From an uncultured Gemmatimonadales bacterium (GTDB lineage: Bacteria; Gemmatimonadota; Gemmatimonadetes; Palauibacterales; Palauibacteraceae), in NCBI GenBank assembly GCA_963783385.1, contig CAWANJ010000003.1, positions 353,448 to 417,447 on the forward strand: a stretch of DNA of 64,000 bases, given 5' to 3'. The translations under genes were made by a program, and so were the position numbers. Every line of letters begins with the position of its first letter. Positions within the stretch are counted from its first letter, which is position 1. Below, piece by piece: positions 10,894-19,074 of this stretch. The notes beneath the pieces are model-generated. The model did not search any database, had not been told where the DNA came from, and saw only the letters and a list, made by a program, of their open reading frames with translations.

Positions 10894-11781
10894 CTAGTAG
10901 TGGCAGGTCGTGCAGTCGAGGGGCGCGCGGTGCGCCGCGTACTGCTCGCTGATCGCCATCGGATACAGTCCCGGCTTCTCGGTGCCGCCCGGGTTGGCGG
11001 GGATGGCGGCCTCGCGGACGAGCTTGTACTCGGTGGCCACGTCCGTCTGCTGGGGCTTCTGGCGATGGCATCGGAGGCACCAGCCCATCGTCAGGGACTG
11101 GATCGGGATCGTGTCGCTCTGGAACTCGTAGATGCGGTCCATGTCCTGGACCGGGCCGTGACAGGTCTGGCACTGCAGGTCGTTCCGCAGGTGCGGCTCG
11201 TGCTTGAACTGCACGAACTCGGCGATCTTGTAGACGCGCACCCACGGCACGGGCTGCTGACGCTGCCAGTAGGCCCGCAGCGTGTCGATCGGCGCCAGTC
11301 CCGTCCCCACGATCCGGTGGCACCCGATGCAGGTCGCCAGCGGAGGCATCACCGCTACCTCGGAGTGCCGCGAGTTCGTGTGGCAGTACTCGCAGCTCAT
11401 CTGGAGGTTGGTGGTGTGGAAGTGGTGGTTGAACGGGATCGGCTGGGCGGGCCCCTGCGTCGCGCTCTCGGCGAGCTGAATGGCGACCTGGGCGGCGCTG
11501 AGGCTGTCGTGGCCCTGGATCGGGGCGCCGATCGGCTGCGGGTAGAAGCCCGGCGATGCGGGCGTCGGGGCTCCGGAGGTCCTGGCGGCGGCCGCTCCGG
11601 CCGCTCCGGCGGCCCCGGTCGCGCCCGTGTCGGCGGCCACCTGAGGGGCCCGGGTCGCACCGGCGGCACCGGGCACCTCCCGGGCCGCGGCCGAGGACCC
11701 GTGGAGGACCGGCCAAGCTGCGGCCACGGCGAGTAGAACCGCCGCCACCGAGCCCACCGTCGTGTAGGTTGCCTTCCTCAT
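10894..11781 (-). CDS. actA: ACIII pentaheme cytochrome c ActA
   Basis: Five CxxCH motifs (CEYCH, CIGCH, CQTCH, CLRCH, CTTCH), QPIPFNH..H, LTMGWC; N-terminal TM. Alternative GTG start at 11820. Confidence 0.92.
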   Translation of the reverse strand: MRKATYTTVGSVAAVLLAVAAAWPVLHGSSAAAREVPGAAGATRAPQVAADTGATGAAGAAGAAAARTSGAPTPASPGFYPQPIGAPIQGHDSLSAAQVAIQLAESATQGPAQPIPFNHHFHTTNLQMSCEYCHTNSRHSEVAVMPPLATCIGCHRIVGTGLAPIDTLRAYWQRQQPVPWVRVYKIAEFVQFKHEPHLRNDLQCQTCHGPVQDMDRIYEFQSDTIPIQSLTMGWCLRCHRQKPQQTDVATEYKLVREAAIPANPGGTEKPGLYPMAISEQYAAHRAPLDCTTCHY

Positions 11782-12112
11782 TCTCCGCTTTCTTCCGTCA
11801 CTGTCGCGCCGACCCCGCACGCTCCAAGCCGGGACTCGGCCGCCGCTAAGGTATCAGCCTCGGAGCCCCACGCAACCCGAACGGTTCCGATCGGTCGGCG
11901 GCGATCGGCCGCGGGCGCGAAGCTGTAGCAGGGGGCACCTCCCGTCAACTACGCGGGGCAGTTCCCCACGGGCTCGAAGGGTGTCTCCCCACCGGCCGTG
12001 GCGCGCGCCGGGAGCCCTCCCGGCGCCGCGGCCTGACCCTTGCTCGGGTGGAGGGGTCGGAGGGGAGGTACCCGCGGACTCCCCGGCTCCACCCCACCCA
12101 CGGAGGACTCCC

Positions 12113-12691
12113 ATGAGGTCACGCCTGTGTGCTCTCCTCACGTCGATCGTCACGGCCGCCGGCCTGGCCGGCACGGCCCTCGGCTGGGCTCCGGCGTCCG
12201 TCTCCGCGCAGGGGGCGGAGTCGCCGCAGGCCCACCACGGCTTCTGGCTCTCGGGCGGACTTGGCGGGGGATGGACCAGCCACGGCGGCGGCGGCGGCGG
12301 AGCCTACATCCGTCTGGGCGGCACCCTGAGCCAGAATTTCGTGATCGGGGGCGAGGCCATCGGATGGGGGCGCGACACCAACGGCGGGACCGTGAGCCGC
12401 GGGAACGCCGTCTTCGACGTCCTCTACTATCCCTCCACGACGTCGGGCGGATTCCTCAAGGCCGGGGTGGGCTTCGCCAACTTCACGCGGGAGTTTCCCG
12501 ACCCGTTCGGGGGCACGTTCTCCAGCGACCGCCAGGGCGCGGGGGCCGTCCTGGGCGCCGGGTGGGACATCCGACTGGGCGGGGGGAACCTGTACCTGAC
12601 GCCCAACGTCGACGTGCTCCTGCAGGGCTACGACAACCTGAAGCAGGTCGACGCCGTCTACCTGTTCACGCTGGGCATCGGCTTCCACTGA
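12113..12691 (+). CDS. Outer-membrane beta-barrel protein (small OmpA-like barrel)
   Basis: GGAGG RBS then ATG 12113; signal peptide; Gly/aromatic strands; C-terminal LGIGFH. Confidence 0.7.
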   Translation: MRSRLCALLTSIVTAAGLAGTALGWAPASVSAQGAESPQAHHGFWLSGGLGGGWTSHGGGGGGAYIRLGGTLSQNFVIGGEAIGWGRDTNGGTVSRGNAVFDVLYYPSTTSGGFLKAGVGFANFTREFPDPFGGTFSSDRQGAGAVLGAGWDIRLGGGNLYLTPNVDVLLQGYDNLKQVDAVYLFTLGIGFH

Positions 12692-12737
12692 TCGGACGAG
12701 CCGGGGGGGGCCGGACGGACCGGACGGACCGGCCCCG

Positions 12738-14414
12738 TCAGTCGAGGCCGAACAGGAGGCGGGGCGTGCGGACCAGGACGCGGAGCACGCCCACCAGGGC
12801 GGTGGCGTTCCTCCCCTTCACGTGCTGGAAGTCGCGGATGAAGTCGACGCCCACGTCCCAGTCCATGTCGACCGACCAGCCGCTCCCCAGCCCGCGGTGC
12901 CACACGCCGGCCAGCGCCGGCCGGATGGTGGTCTCCGTCTGGCCCACCAGGATTCGCGGATAGGTGGGGAGCGAGTCCGACGGGGGCGTGAGCGGGTCGT
13001 GCATGTCGCTCTCGCCCTTCTGCTGGATGTCGATCCGGGGCTTCAGCACGAGGCCGCCCACGCCCAGCCAGCTCGCCTCGATCGTGGCCACACGCACGTC
13101 CGTCTTGTCCCAGCCGACCCCGATCCCGTCCACCGTGTAGCGCTCCCAGGGGAGGTAGGAGGTGCGGTACACGAGGCTCTGGAGGGCCGTCCCCTGCAGG
13201 CGGAGCCCCACTCCCGGGGCGATGTGCGGGAGCTGCACCTCCACCGTGCCCCCGATCCCGCAGCACGACTGGTCCGTCTTGTTCAGGGCGGTGGAGTTGT
13301 CGGCGATGAGGCTCCCCGACAGGACGAGGCCGTCCACGGGTCGCCACCACACGTCGGCCTGGGCCAGGTCGTTCACCGTCTGCTTGTTGCCCGTCTCCTT
13401 GACGGTGGTCTCCCACAGCGAGACGGGGTTCAGGATGCGCCAGTTCAGGCGCGCGCCCGGTCCCCCCTGGATGACGGCCTCGGAGAAGGCGAGCATGAAG
13501 TTGTCCCGCGCCCGCCATTCCAGTCGGTGGACGGCGAAGTAGCGCGCCGTGTCGCCCGGGAAGTCGTTGAAGGCGGAGAGCGTCCCGATGAGGAAGATGC
13601 GGTCCGACCCGAACCGGTAGCCGATCTGGTCCCAGCTATAGGCGTAGTCGGAGAGCAGGAAGCCGGGCGTGTGCGGGGGGCCCCAGTTCCGGTTCATCCT
13701 CCCCGCGAACACGCGCGCGTACTTCCACTGCAGCTCGGCGTAGGCCTCGTCGAAGCGGATCCCCTCCTCGTGCAGGATCGGGAAGTTGCTCTTCGAGACC
13801 ACCCGCCCGCCGGGGTACTGGGCATCGTGCCGGTAGATGCCGTCCCGCACGGCGTGGACGGCGCCCGCCACGGGGCCGCCCTGGGCCTCGGCGTCCACGG
13901 ACACGTGCTCGAGCACGCGGTTCGTCGCGAAGGGGCCGTGCAGCCGGGGCCGGAGGGGGTCGCGGCTGGTCTGTGTCCAGTCCGCCGCCCCGCCCGAGAA
14001 TCCCACCGAGGCGTATCCGTCCTCCTTCCTCCCTCCCAGGACGGCGAGCTCGGGCGCGAACTCCCGCTCGAGCTCCTCTAGCCAGCGTCGCTCGAACGGA
14101 TGGAGGTCCTGTCCCCGCAGCGTACGGATGGCCCGCGCCACCTCCATCCGGCGGTAGGGCTGGACGTCGGGGGATAGGCCATCCAGCCGTCCGGCGGCGA
14201 TCCAGTAGTCGAGGATCGGATACTCCCAGCTTCCCATCTCCAGGTACGGGGAGGCGTGGAAGGAGGCGGCCGCGCCGGAGTCGGGGAGCGATGCGGCGGC
14301 GGAGCGGGGAGTGGAGGGGGAGGGGGCGCCTTGCCGGGCGAGAGCGGGCCGCGGAGCGCCGGCGAGCGCCACGCCGAGGACGGCCGCCAGCGCCGCGGGC
14401 GGGCGGCCGCGCAT
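12738..14414 (-). CDS. Capsule assembly Wzi-family outer-membrane protein, paralogue 2
   Basis: ATG overlaps the upstream stop (TGATG); signal peptide; GRMNRNWGP, LLSD, YFAVHRLEW, SEAVI motifs recalled from Wzi-like proteins. Confidence 0.65.
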   Translation of the reverse strand: MRGRPPAALAAVLGVALAGAPRPALARQGAPSPSTPRSAAASLPDSGAAASFHASPYLEMGSWEYPILDYWIAAGRLDGLSPDVQPYRRMEVARAIRTLRGQDLHPFERRWLEELEREFAPELAVLGGRKEDGYASVGFSGGAADWTQTSRDPLRPRLHGPFATNRVLEHVSVDAEAQGGPVAGAVHAVRDGIYRHDAQYPGGRVVSKSNFPILHEEGIRFDEAYAELQWKYARVFAGRMNRNWGPPHTPGFLLSDYAYSWDQIGYRFGSDRIFLIGTLSAFNDFPGDTARYFAVHRLEWRARDNFMLAFSEAVIQGGPGARLNWRILNPVSLWETTVKETGNKQTVNDLAQADVWWRPVDGLVLSGSLIADNSTALNKTDQSCCGIGGTVEVQLPHIAPGVGLRLQGTALQSLVYRTSYLPWERYTVDGIGVGWDKTDVRVATIEASWLGVGGLVLKPRIDIQQKGESDMHDPLTPPSDSLPTYPRILVGQTETTIRPALAGVWHRGLGSGWSVDMDWDVGVDFIRDFQHVKGRNATALVGVLRVLVRTPRLLFGLD

Positions 14415-16126
14415 CAGTTGAGTCCGAACAGGAGGCGCGGCGTCCGGATCATGACCCGGAACAGCCCCACGAGCGCGGTGGCGTTCCGGCCCTTCACGTG
14501 CTGGTAGCCTCGGATGAAGTTCACTCCCACGTCCCAGTTCATGTCCACGGTCCAGCCGCTGCCGATCTGCCGGTGCCATCCGCCGCTCAGGGCCGGTCGG
14601 ATGGTGGTCTCGGCCTGGCCCACGATGATCCTGGGAAAGTCGGGAAGGGAGTCGTTGGGTGGCCGGAGGACCCCGTGGAAGTCGCCGGTGCCCTTCTGCT
14701 GGATGTCGATCCGGGGCTTGAGGACGAGGCCGCCGACCCCGAACCAGCTGGCCTCGATCGTGCCGAGCCGGAGGTCCGCCTTGTCCCAGCCGAGTCCGAC
14801 ACCGTTCACCGTATACTGCTCCCACGGGTAGTTCGTCCGGTACAGGAGGCTCTGCATGGCCGTTCCCTGGATGCGGAGGCTCCAACCCCGCGCGATCCCG
14901 GGAAGCTGGAGGCCCACCGTCGCGCCCATCTGGCAGCAGGCCACATCGGTCTTCCGCAGGGAGGTGGTGTTGTCGGCCAGGAGGCTCCCCCACAGGACCA
15001 GGCCATTCGCCGGCCTCCACCACACGTCGGCCTGCCCGACGTTGTTTCGCTCCTTGTGCGACTCCTTTGTCGTGAGCGCCCACGGCCCGATCGGGTTCAC
15101 GACGCGGAAGTCGAGGCTGGCGTTCGGCCCTCCCTCGATGATGGACTCGGACAGGCTCAACATCACCTTGTCGCTCACCCTCCATTCGAGCCGGTGGACG
15201 GCGAAGTAACGCGTCGTGTCACCCGGAAAGTCGTTGAACGTGGCGAACAGCCCGGTGGCGAAGAACTTGTCCGAGCCCAGCCGCCATCCGACCTGGTCCC
15301 AGCTGTAGGCGTAGTCGGAGAGGAGGAAGCCGAGCGTGTGCGGGGGCCCCCAGTTCCGGTACATGCGTCCGACGAACAGCCGGGCGTACCGGGTCTGAAG
15401 CTCCGCGTAGGTGTCCTCGGCGCGGAGGCCGGCCTCGTTCAGCAGGAACAGATCCTGCCGTGGGGCGACCCGCCCGTTCGGGTATTCCGCATCGTTCAGG
15501 TAGATGCCATCCCGGACCAGCCGCAACGCTCCCACGACGGGCCCTCCCTGTGCGTCGAAGCCCAGAGACACGCGCTCGAGGATGCGGTTGCGAGCGAACT
15601 GGCCGTGCAGCTCTGGCCGCAGGGGGTCGCGGCTGGTCTGCGTCCAGTCGGCCGCGCCGCCGCTGGCTCTCATGCTCGCGTACGCCGTCTCCCGGCGGTG
15701 GCCGTCCAGGATGGCCAGCTCGGGCCGGAACTCGGCCTCGAACCGCTCGAGCCACCGCTCTTCGAACGGCTTGAGATGCTCACCGCGCAGGGAGCGGACG
15801 GCCCTGGCCACGTCCATGCGGCGGTAGGGCTGCGTGAAGGGGGAGAGGCTGTTGATCCGGCCGGAGGCGATCCAGTAGTCCAGGATCTCGTACTCCCAGC
15901 TCCCCAGCACCAGGTAGGGCGAGGCTTGGAAGGCCGCGGCCGGATCGTGGACTCTGGGAGGCTCCTGGGCGCGAAGCCGGCGGGAGTCGGAGAGGAGGAC
16001 GGCGAGAACGGCCAGGAGGGTGAACAGCGTGACGAGGACGAGGTCCGGGCCGCTCCGAGCGACCGGAGTCCGGACGACCGGGGCGCGGGCCGCGCCCGAT
16101 CTGGAAGTCTCCACATTGCGCTGCAC
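14414..16126 (-). CDS. Capsule assembly Wzi-family outer-membrane protein, paralogue 1
   Basis: Colinear with the neighbour (GRMYRNWGP, YFAVHRLEW, KGRNATALVG..RTPRLLFGL); start uncertain. Confidence 0.65.
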   Translation of the reverse strand: MQRNVETSRSGAARAPVVRTPVARSGPDLVLVTLFTLLAVLAVLLSDSRRLRAQEPPRVHDPAAAFQASPYLVLGSWEYEILDYWIASGRINSLSPFTQPYRRMDVARAVRSLRGEHLKPFEERWLERFEAEFRPELAILDGHRRETAYASMRASGGAADWTQTSRDPLRPELHGQFARNRILERVSLGFDAQGGPVVGALRLVRDGIYLNDAEYPNGRVAPRQDLFLLNEAGLRAEDTYAELQTRYARLFVGRMYRNWGPPHTLGFLLSDYAYSWDQVGWRLGSDKFFATGLFATFNDFPGDTTRYFAVHRLEWRVSDKVMLSLSESIIEGGPNASLDFRVVNPIGPWALTTKESHKERNNVGQADVWWRPANGLVLWGSLLADNTTSLRKTDVACCQMGATVGLQLPGIARGWSLRIQGTAMQSLLYRTNYPWEQYTVNGVGLGWDKADLRLGTIEASWFGVGGLVLKPRIDIQQKGTGDFHGVLRPPNDSLPDFPRIIVGQAETTIRPALSGGWHRQIGSGWTVDMNWDVGVNFIRGYQHVKGRNATALVGLFRVMIRTPRLLFGLN

Positions 16127-16308
16127 GCTCGTCGGCTCCGGCGGCGGGGTTCGGTGTGCGGGCCTCGGGCCGCTCGAGCCCCGGCCCGAACACCGGGTCG
16201 ACGCAAGGTAGGCCGGACCCTCGGCGCGCTCAAGACGCCGGGTTTGGGGAAGCGCTCGCGGCTCGTTTCGGGAACCGCCCGACGGGCGGATCGTATAGCA
16301 TGCGTGGC

Positions 16309-16337
16309 TTGACGAAATCGGCCGCCCGCGCTACGAT
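16309..16337 (+). promoter_or_regulatory. sigma70 promoter of the tRNA operon
   Basis: TTGACG-17 nt-TACGAT about 60 bp before tRNA-Val. Confidence 0.8.
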
Positions 16338-16399
16338 GACCGTCTTGCGAGCGGGCCCCGTATCACGGTCCCGCTCGTACGTTTCTCGGGCCGTGGCGA

Positions 16400-16473
<74 letters not shown>

Positions 16474-16517
16474 TTCAGCGAAGAGAGACGCGAGGTTGGC
16501 GCCGGCGGCGGTCATCC

Positions 16518-16591
16518 GGGGCTGTAGCTCAGTTGGTCAGAGTGCCGGTCTGTCACACCGGAGGTCGCGGGTTCGAGTCCCGTCAGCCCCG
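16518..16591 (+). tRNA. tRNA-Asp(GTC)
   Basis: ggggctg/cagcccc; ccggt-ct GTC ac-accgg. Confidence 0.95.
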
Positions 16592-16651
16592 CTCTGGCGA
16601 TGGCGCTGTTTGAAAGAGAGCCGTGTGCACGACCCGCATGACGCTTCCCGG

Positions 16652-16724
16652 GGGGCCGTAGCTCAGTTGGGAGAGCGCTTGAATCGCACTCAAGAGGTCG
16701 CGGGTTCGAATCCCGCCGGCTCCA
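16652..16724 (+). tRNA. tRNA-Ala(CGC)
   Basis: ggggccg/cggctcc with G3:U70; cttga-at CGC ac-tcaag. Confidence 0.95.
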
Positions 16725-16749
16725 CTGATGACGGTGTCGGGCCGACCGC

Positions 16750-16821
16750 GCCACCGTAGCTCAGCGGTAGAGCACTCGATTCGTAATCGAGCGGTCGTCG
16801 GTTCGATTCCGACCGGTGGCT
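16750..16821 (+). tRNA. tRNA-Thr(CGT)
   Basis: gccaccg/cggtggc; ctcga-tt CGT aa-tcgag. Confidence 0.95.
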
Positions 16822-16824
16822 CTC

Positions 16825-16897
16825 GCGGGTGTAGCTCAGCTGGCAGAGCGCAACCTTGCCAAGGTTGAGGTCGCCGGTTCGAACCCGGTCACCCGCT
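16825..16897 (+). tRNA. tRNA-Gly(GCC)
   Basis: gcgggtg/cacccgc; caacc-tt GCC aa-ggttg. Confidence 0.95.
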
Positions 16898-16958
16898 CTC
16901 GACACGCGATGGAACGCATGGAGGGTCGGTAGTACACGGCGATTTCCAGAGGATACTT

Positions 16959-17032
16959 CGGGGCGTGGCTCAGTCCGGCAGAGCGCTGCGTTCGGGACGC
17001 AGAGGTCCCCGGTTCAAATCCGGGCGCCCCGA
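16959..17032 (+). tRNA. tRNA-Pro(CGG)
   Basis: cggggcg/cgccccg; ctgcg-tt CGG ga-cgcag. Confidence 0.95.
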
Positions 17033-17049
17033 CTGGAGGTCCTCGACGA

Positions 17050-17123
17050 CGGGGCGTGGCGCAGTCCGGTAGCGCGCGTGAATGGGGTTCACGAGGTCCC
17101 GGGTTCGAATCCCGGCGCCCCGA
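17050..17123 (+). tRNA. tRNA-Pro(GGG)
   Basis: cggggcg/cgccccg; cgtga-at GGG gt-tcacg. Confidence 0.95.
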
Positions 17124-17131
17124 CTCGCGGA

Positions 17132-17164
17132 AAGGCCCTGCGAGCCAGCGGCTCGTGGGGCCTT
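17132..17164 (+). terminator. Hairpin terminator after the tRNA operon
   Basis: aaggccctgcgagcc-agc-ggctcgtggggcctt. Confidence 0.7.
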
Positions 17165-17214
17165 CGTGCATCCTGGCATGTTGGCGTCCGTGCGGGCGAG
17201 GCGCGCGTCGCCGG

Positions 17215-17245
17215 GAGGGAAAGAGGGAAAGAGGGAAAGAGGGAA
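17215..17245. repeat. 8-bp purine tandem repeat (GAGGGAAA, about 4 copies)
   Basis: gagggaaa gagggaaa gagggaaa gagggaa. Confidence 0.85.
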
Positions 17246-17267
17246 TGAAGGGGTCCTTCAGGAAGAG

Positions 17268-17337
17268 ATGACAAAGATTGGCAATGTATGTCAGTCTTTG
17301 ACATTCCTTGACATTCCTTGACAAGGATGGACATCCG
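17268..17337 (+). repeat. Seven 10-bp phased TGACA-like repeats (operator/iteron-like)
   Basis: atgacaaaga ttggcaatgt atgtcagtct ttgacattcc ttgacattcc ttgacaagga tggacatccg. Confidence 0.8.
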
Positions 17338-17352
17338 TCCTGGGAGGTCTCC

Positions 17353-17943
17353 CTGAACGTCTCGCTCACCCCAGAGCTGGTCGCGTTCATCGACGCCAAG
17401 GTGGCCTCGGGATCCTTCCGAAGCCGGAGTGAGGTCGTGCGGCACGCCCTCCGGACTCTTCAGATGAGGGAGCCCCAGATGAGGGAGCCCGTGCCACGGC
17501 CGTCGCTCCGATCTCCAGCTCGATCCTCTCCGGACGGGTCGACTGGACCAGCCCCCCCGACGAGCTGCTCCCGACCCGGTTGGCCGACGCACAGCCTGGC
17601 GCTGGACGCGGAGATCCGTGGCGTGATCAAGCCCATACGGGCGGTTCAGGACCGGATTCGGGAGGTCGTGTTCGCGCAGCGATGCGTCGATCCGAGAATC
17701 GTGGTGCGCGGGGAGCGCCGTCCGTCGTCCGACGTGCCGCCGGGCCAGGCCGGGCACGGTACCGGGCCGGCGCTCACCGTCAGTCTGCTCGTGAAGTCCG
17801 TCGGGACCCCGTTGCTCGGTGGTCGGCAGGAGATGGAGTACGTCCTTCAGGATCGACTCGGACTCCCGATGTTCGTCGAGTTCGAGGACGTGTGGCTCGA
17901 GCGGGCCCAACGGGATGACGTTGTCGCTGTGGTTCCCCTGTGA
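17353..17943 (+). CDS. ParD-like ribbon-helix-helix protein fused to a degenerate minimal-nucleotidyltransferase-like domain
   Basis: N-terminus (M)NVSLTPEL.AFIDAKVASGSFRSRSEVVRHALR matches the ParD/CC2985-type RHH pattern; GGAGG 5 nt before a CTG start; C-terminus resembles the MNT fold ending VVPL. Confidence 0.65.
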   Translation: MNVSLTPELVAFIDAKVASGSFRSRSEVVRHALRTLQMREPQMREPVPRPSLRSPARSSPDGSTGPAPPTSCSRPGWPTHSLALDAEIRGVIKPIRAVQDRIREVVFAQRCVDPRIVVRGERRPSSDVPPGQAGHGTGPALTVSLLVKSVGTPLLGGRQEMEYVLQDRLGLPMFVEFEDVWLERAQRDDVVAVVPL

Positions 17944-19052
17944 CCTGTGAGCGGTGTCGACGGACGCAGCAGGCGCGCCACCGCCTCCTCGGCATCGAGG
18001 CGGTCCAGGCTCACGGCCTTCCCCTCGGGCGCGCCCTCCTGCAGCCACCGGCTCACGATGAGGCTGGGCACCAGCTCCTCGGGCGGGAACACGGGCTCGG
18101 CCCGGAGCTCGGCCACGCGCACCGCGTAGCACGCGTCGCGGATCGCCTCGGGCAGCGGTGCTACGCCGTTCCCGCCGTCGATCCTGGCCTCCCTCCGCTC
18201 GAGCACGCGGCCGCGGGCCACGGGAACCAGGACGCGGAGGTCGGGCCGCGCGTGCGGGAGCAGGATGAGCCAGGAGCGGTCGAGCCATGGCTTGTGGCTG
18301 GCGCCGCGCAGGAGCTCGAGCTCGTCCAGCCATCCCAGGCGCCGCTGCGCGTCGGCCGCCGCCTCGTAGTCCAGCTCCGCGGCTCGCCGGTCCCGCTCCT
18401 CCAGCAGGCCGGCCCGTACCGCCCGCGCGTGCGCCGCGTCGTCCAGGGTGCGCTCCGCCTCACGCACCTGGGCCCTGTAGCGGTTCAGCCCGGCCTCCCC
18501 AATGCAGGGGGCCGTGCACAGGCCGATGCCGAGCTGGGCGCAGGGCGAGCCCCGTGGATCGGGCCGCAGGGGGCCCTTGCAGGCGCGCAGCCGGAAGATC
18601 TTGCGGACCAGCTCGGTCATCTCCGTGGGGAGGCGGCGGCCCCGGAAGGGACCGAAGTAGCGCGCGCCGGGCTTGCGGGCCGAGCGCACGACGCGCAGCC
18701 GCGGGTAGGGCCGGGACCAGTCGATCTCGATGAACCAGCCGTTGGAGCGGTTCTTCAGGGCCCGGTTGAAGCGCGGCCGCCCGGAGACGATGCGCTCGGC
18801 CTCCTCGAGCCGAGCCTCCAGGTCGGTGCCGGTGGGCCGCACGTGCACGCGCCGCGCCAGGCGGACCATCTGAGCGATGCGCTCGTCGCTGGGCCCGCCT
18901 CCGTAGAAGTAGCCGCGCACCCGCCGGTGCAGGTTGACGCTCTTCCCCACGTACAGCAGGGTGCCGTGCCCGTCCTCGAACTGGTAGACGCCCGGGCGCT
19001 TCGGGAGATCTTCGGGGACCCAGTCGGGGACCGGCGATCGGCGGGGCGACAT
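17847..19052 (-). CDS. UvrC/Cho-like GIY-YIG endonuclease with UVR domain
   Basis: LPKRPGVYQF..LLYVGKSVNL..RV..YF, PRFNRALK, YFGPF, FRLRAC..C..IGLCTAPC, AAELDYEAAA. No RNase H/HhH C-terminal half. Alternative start 19142. Confidence 0.85.
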   Translation of the reverse strand: MSPRRSPVPDWVPEDLPKRPGVYQFEDGHGTLLYVGKSVNLHRRVRGYFYGGGPSDERIAQMVRLARRVHVRPTGTDLEARLEEAERIVSGRPRFNRALKNRSNGWFIEIDWSRPYPRLRVVRSARKPGARYFGPFRGRRLPTEMTELVRKIFRLRACKGPLRPDPRGSPCAQLGIGLCTAPCIGEAGLNRYRAQVREAERTLDDAAHARAVRAGLLEERDRRAAELDYEAAADAQRRLGWLDELELLRGASHKPWLDRSWLILLPHARPDLRVLVPVARGRVLERREARIDGGNGVAPLPEAIRDACYAVRVAELRAEPVFPPEELVPSLIVSRWLQEGAPEGKAVSLDRLDAEEAVARLLRPSTPLTGHRGTTATTSSRWARSSHTSSNSTNIGSPSRS

Positions 19053-19074
19053 GCGTGCGGGGTCTCCGGCGGGG

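Noticed and set aside
17215-17337. CRISPR array
   Set aside because: The repeats are 8-10 bp, directly tandem with no spacers; no cas genes.
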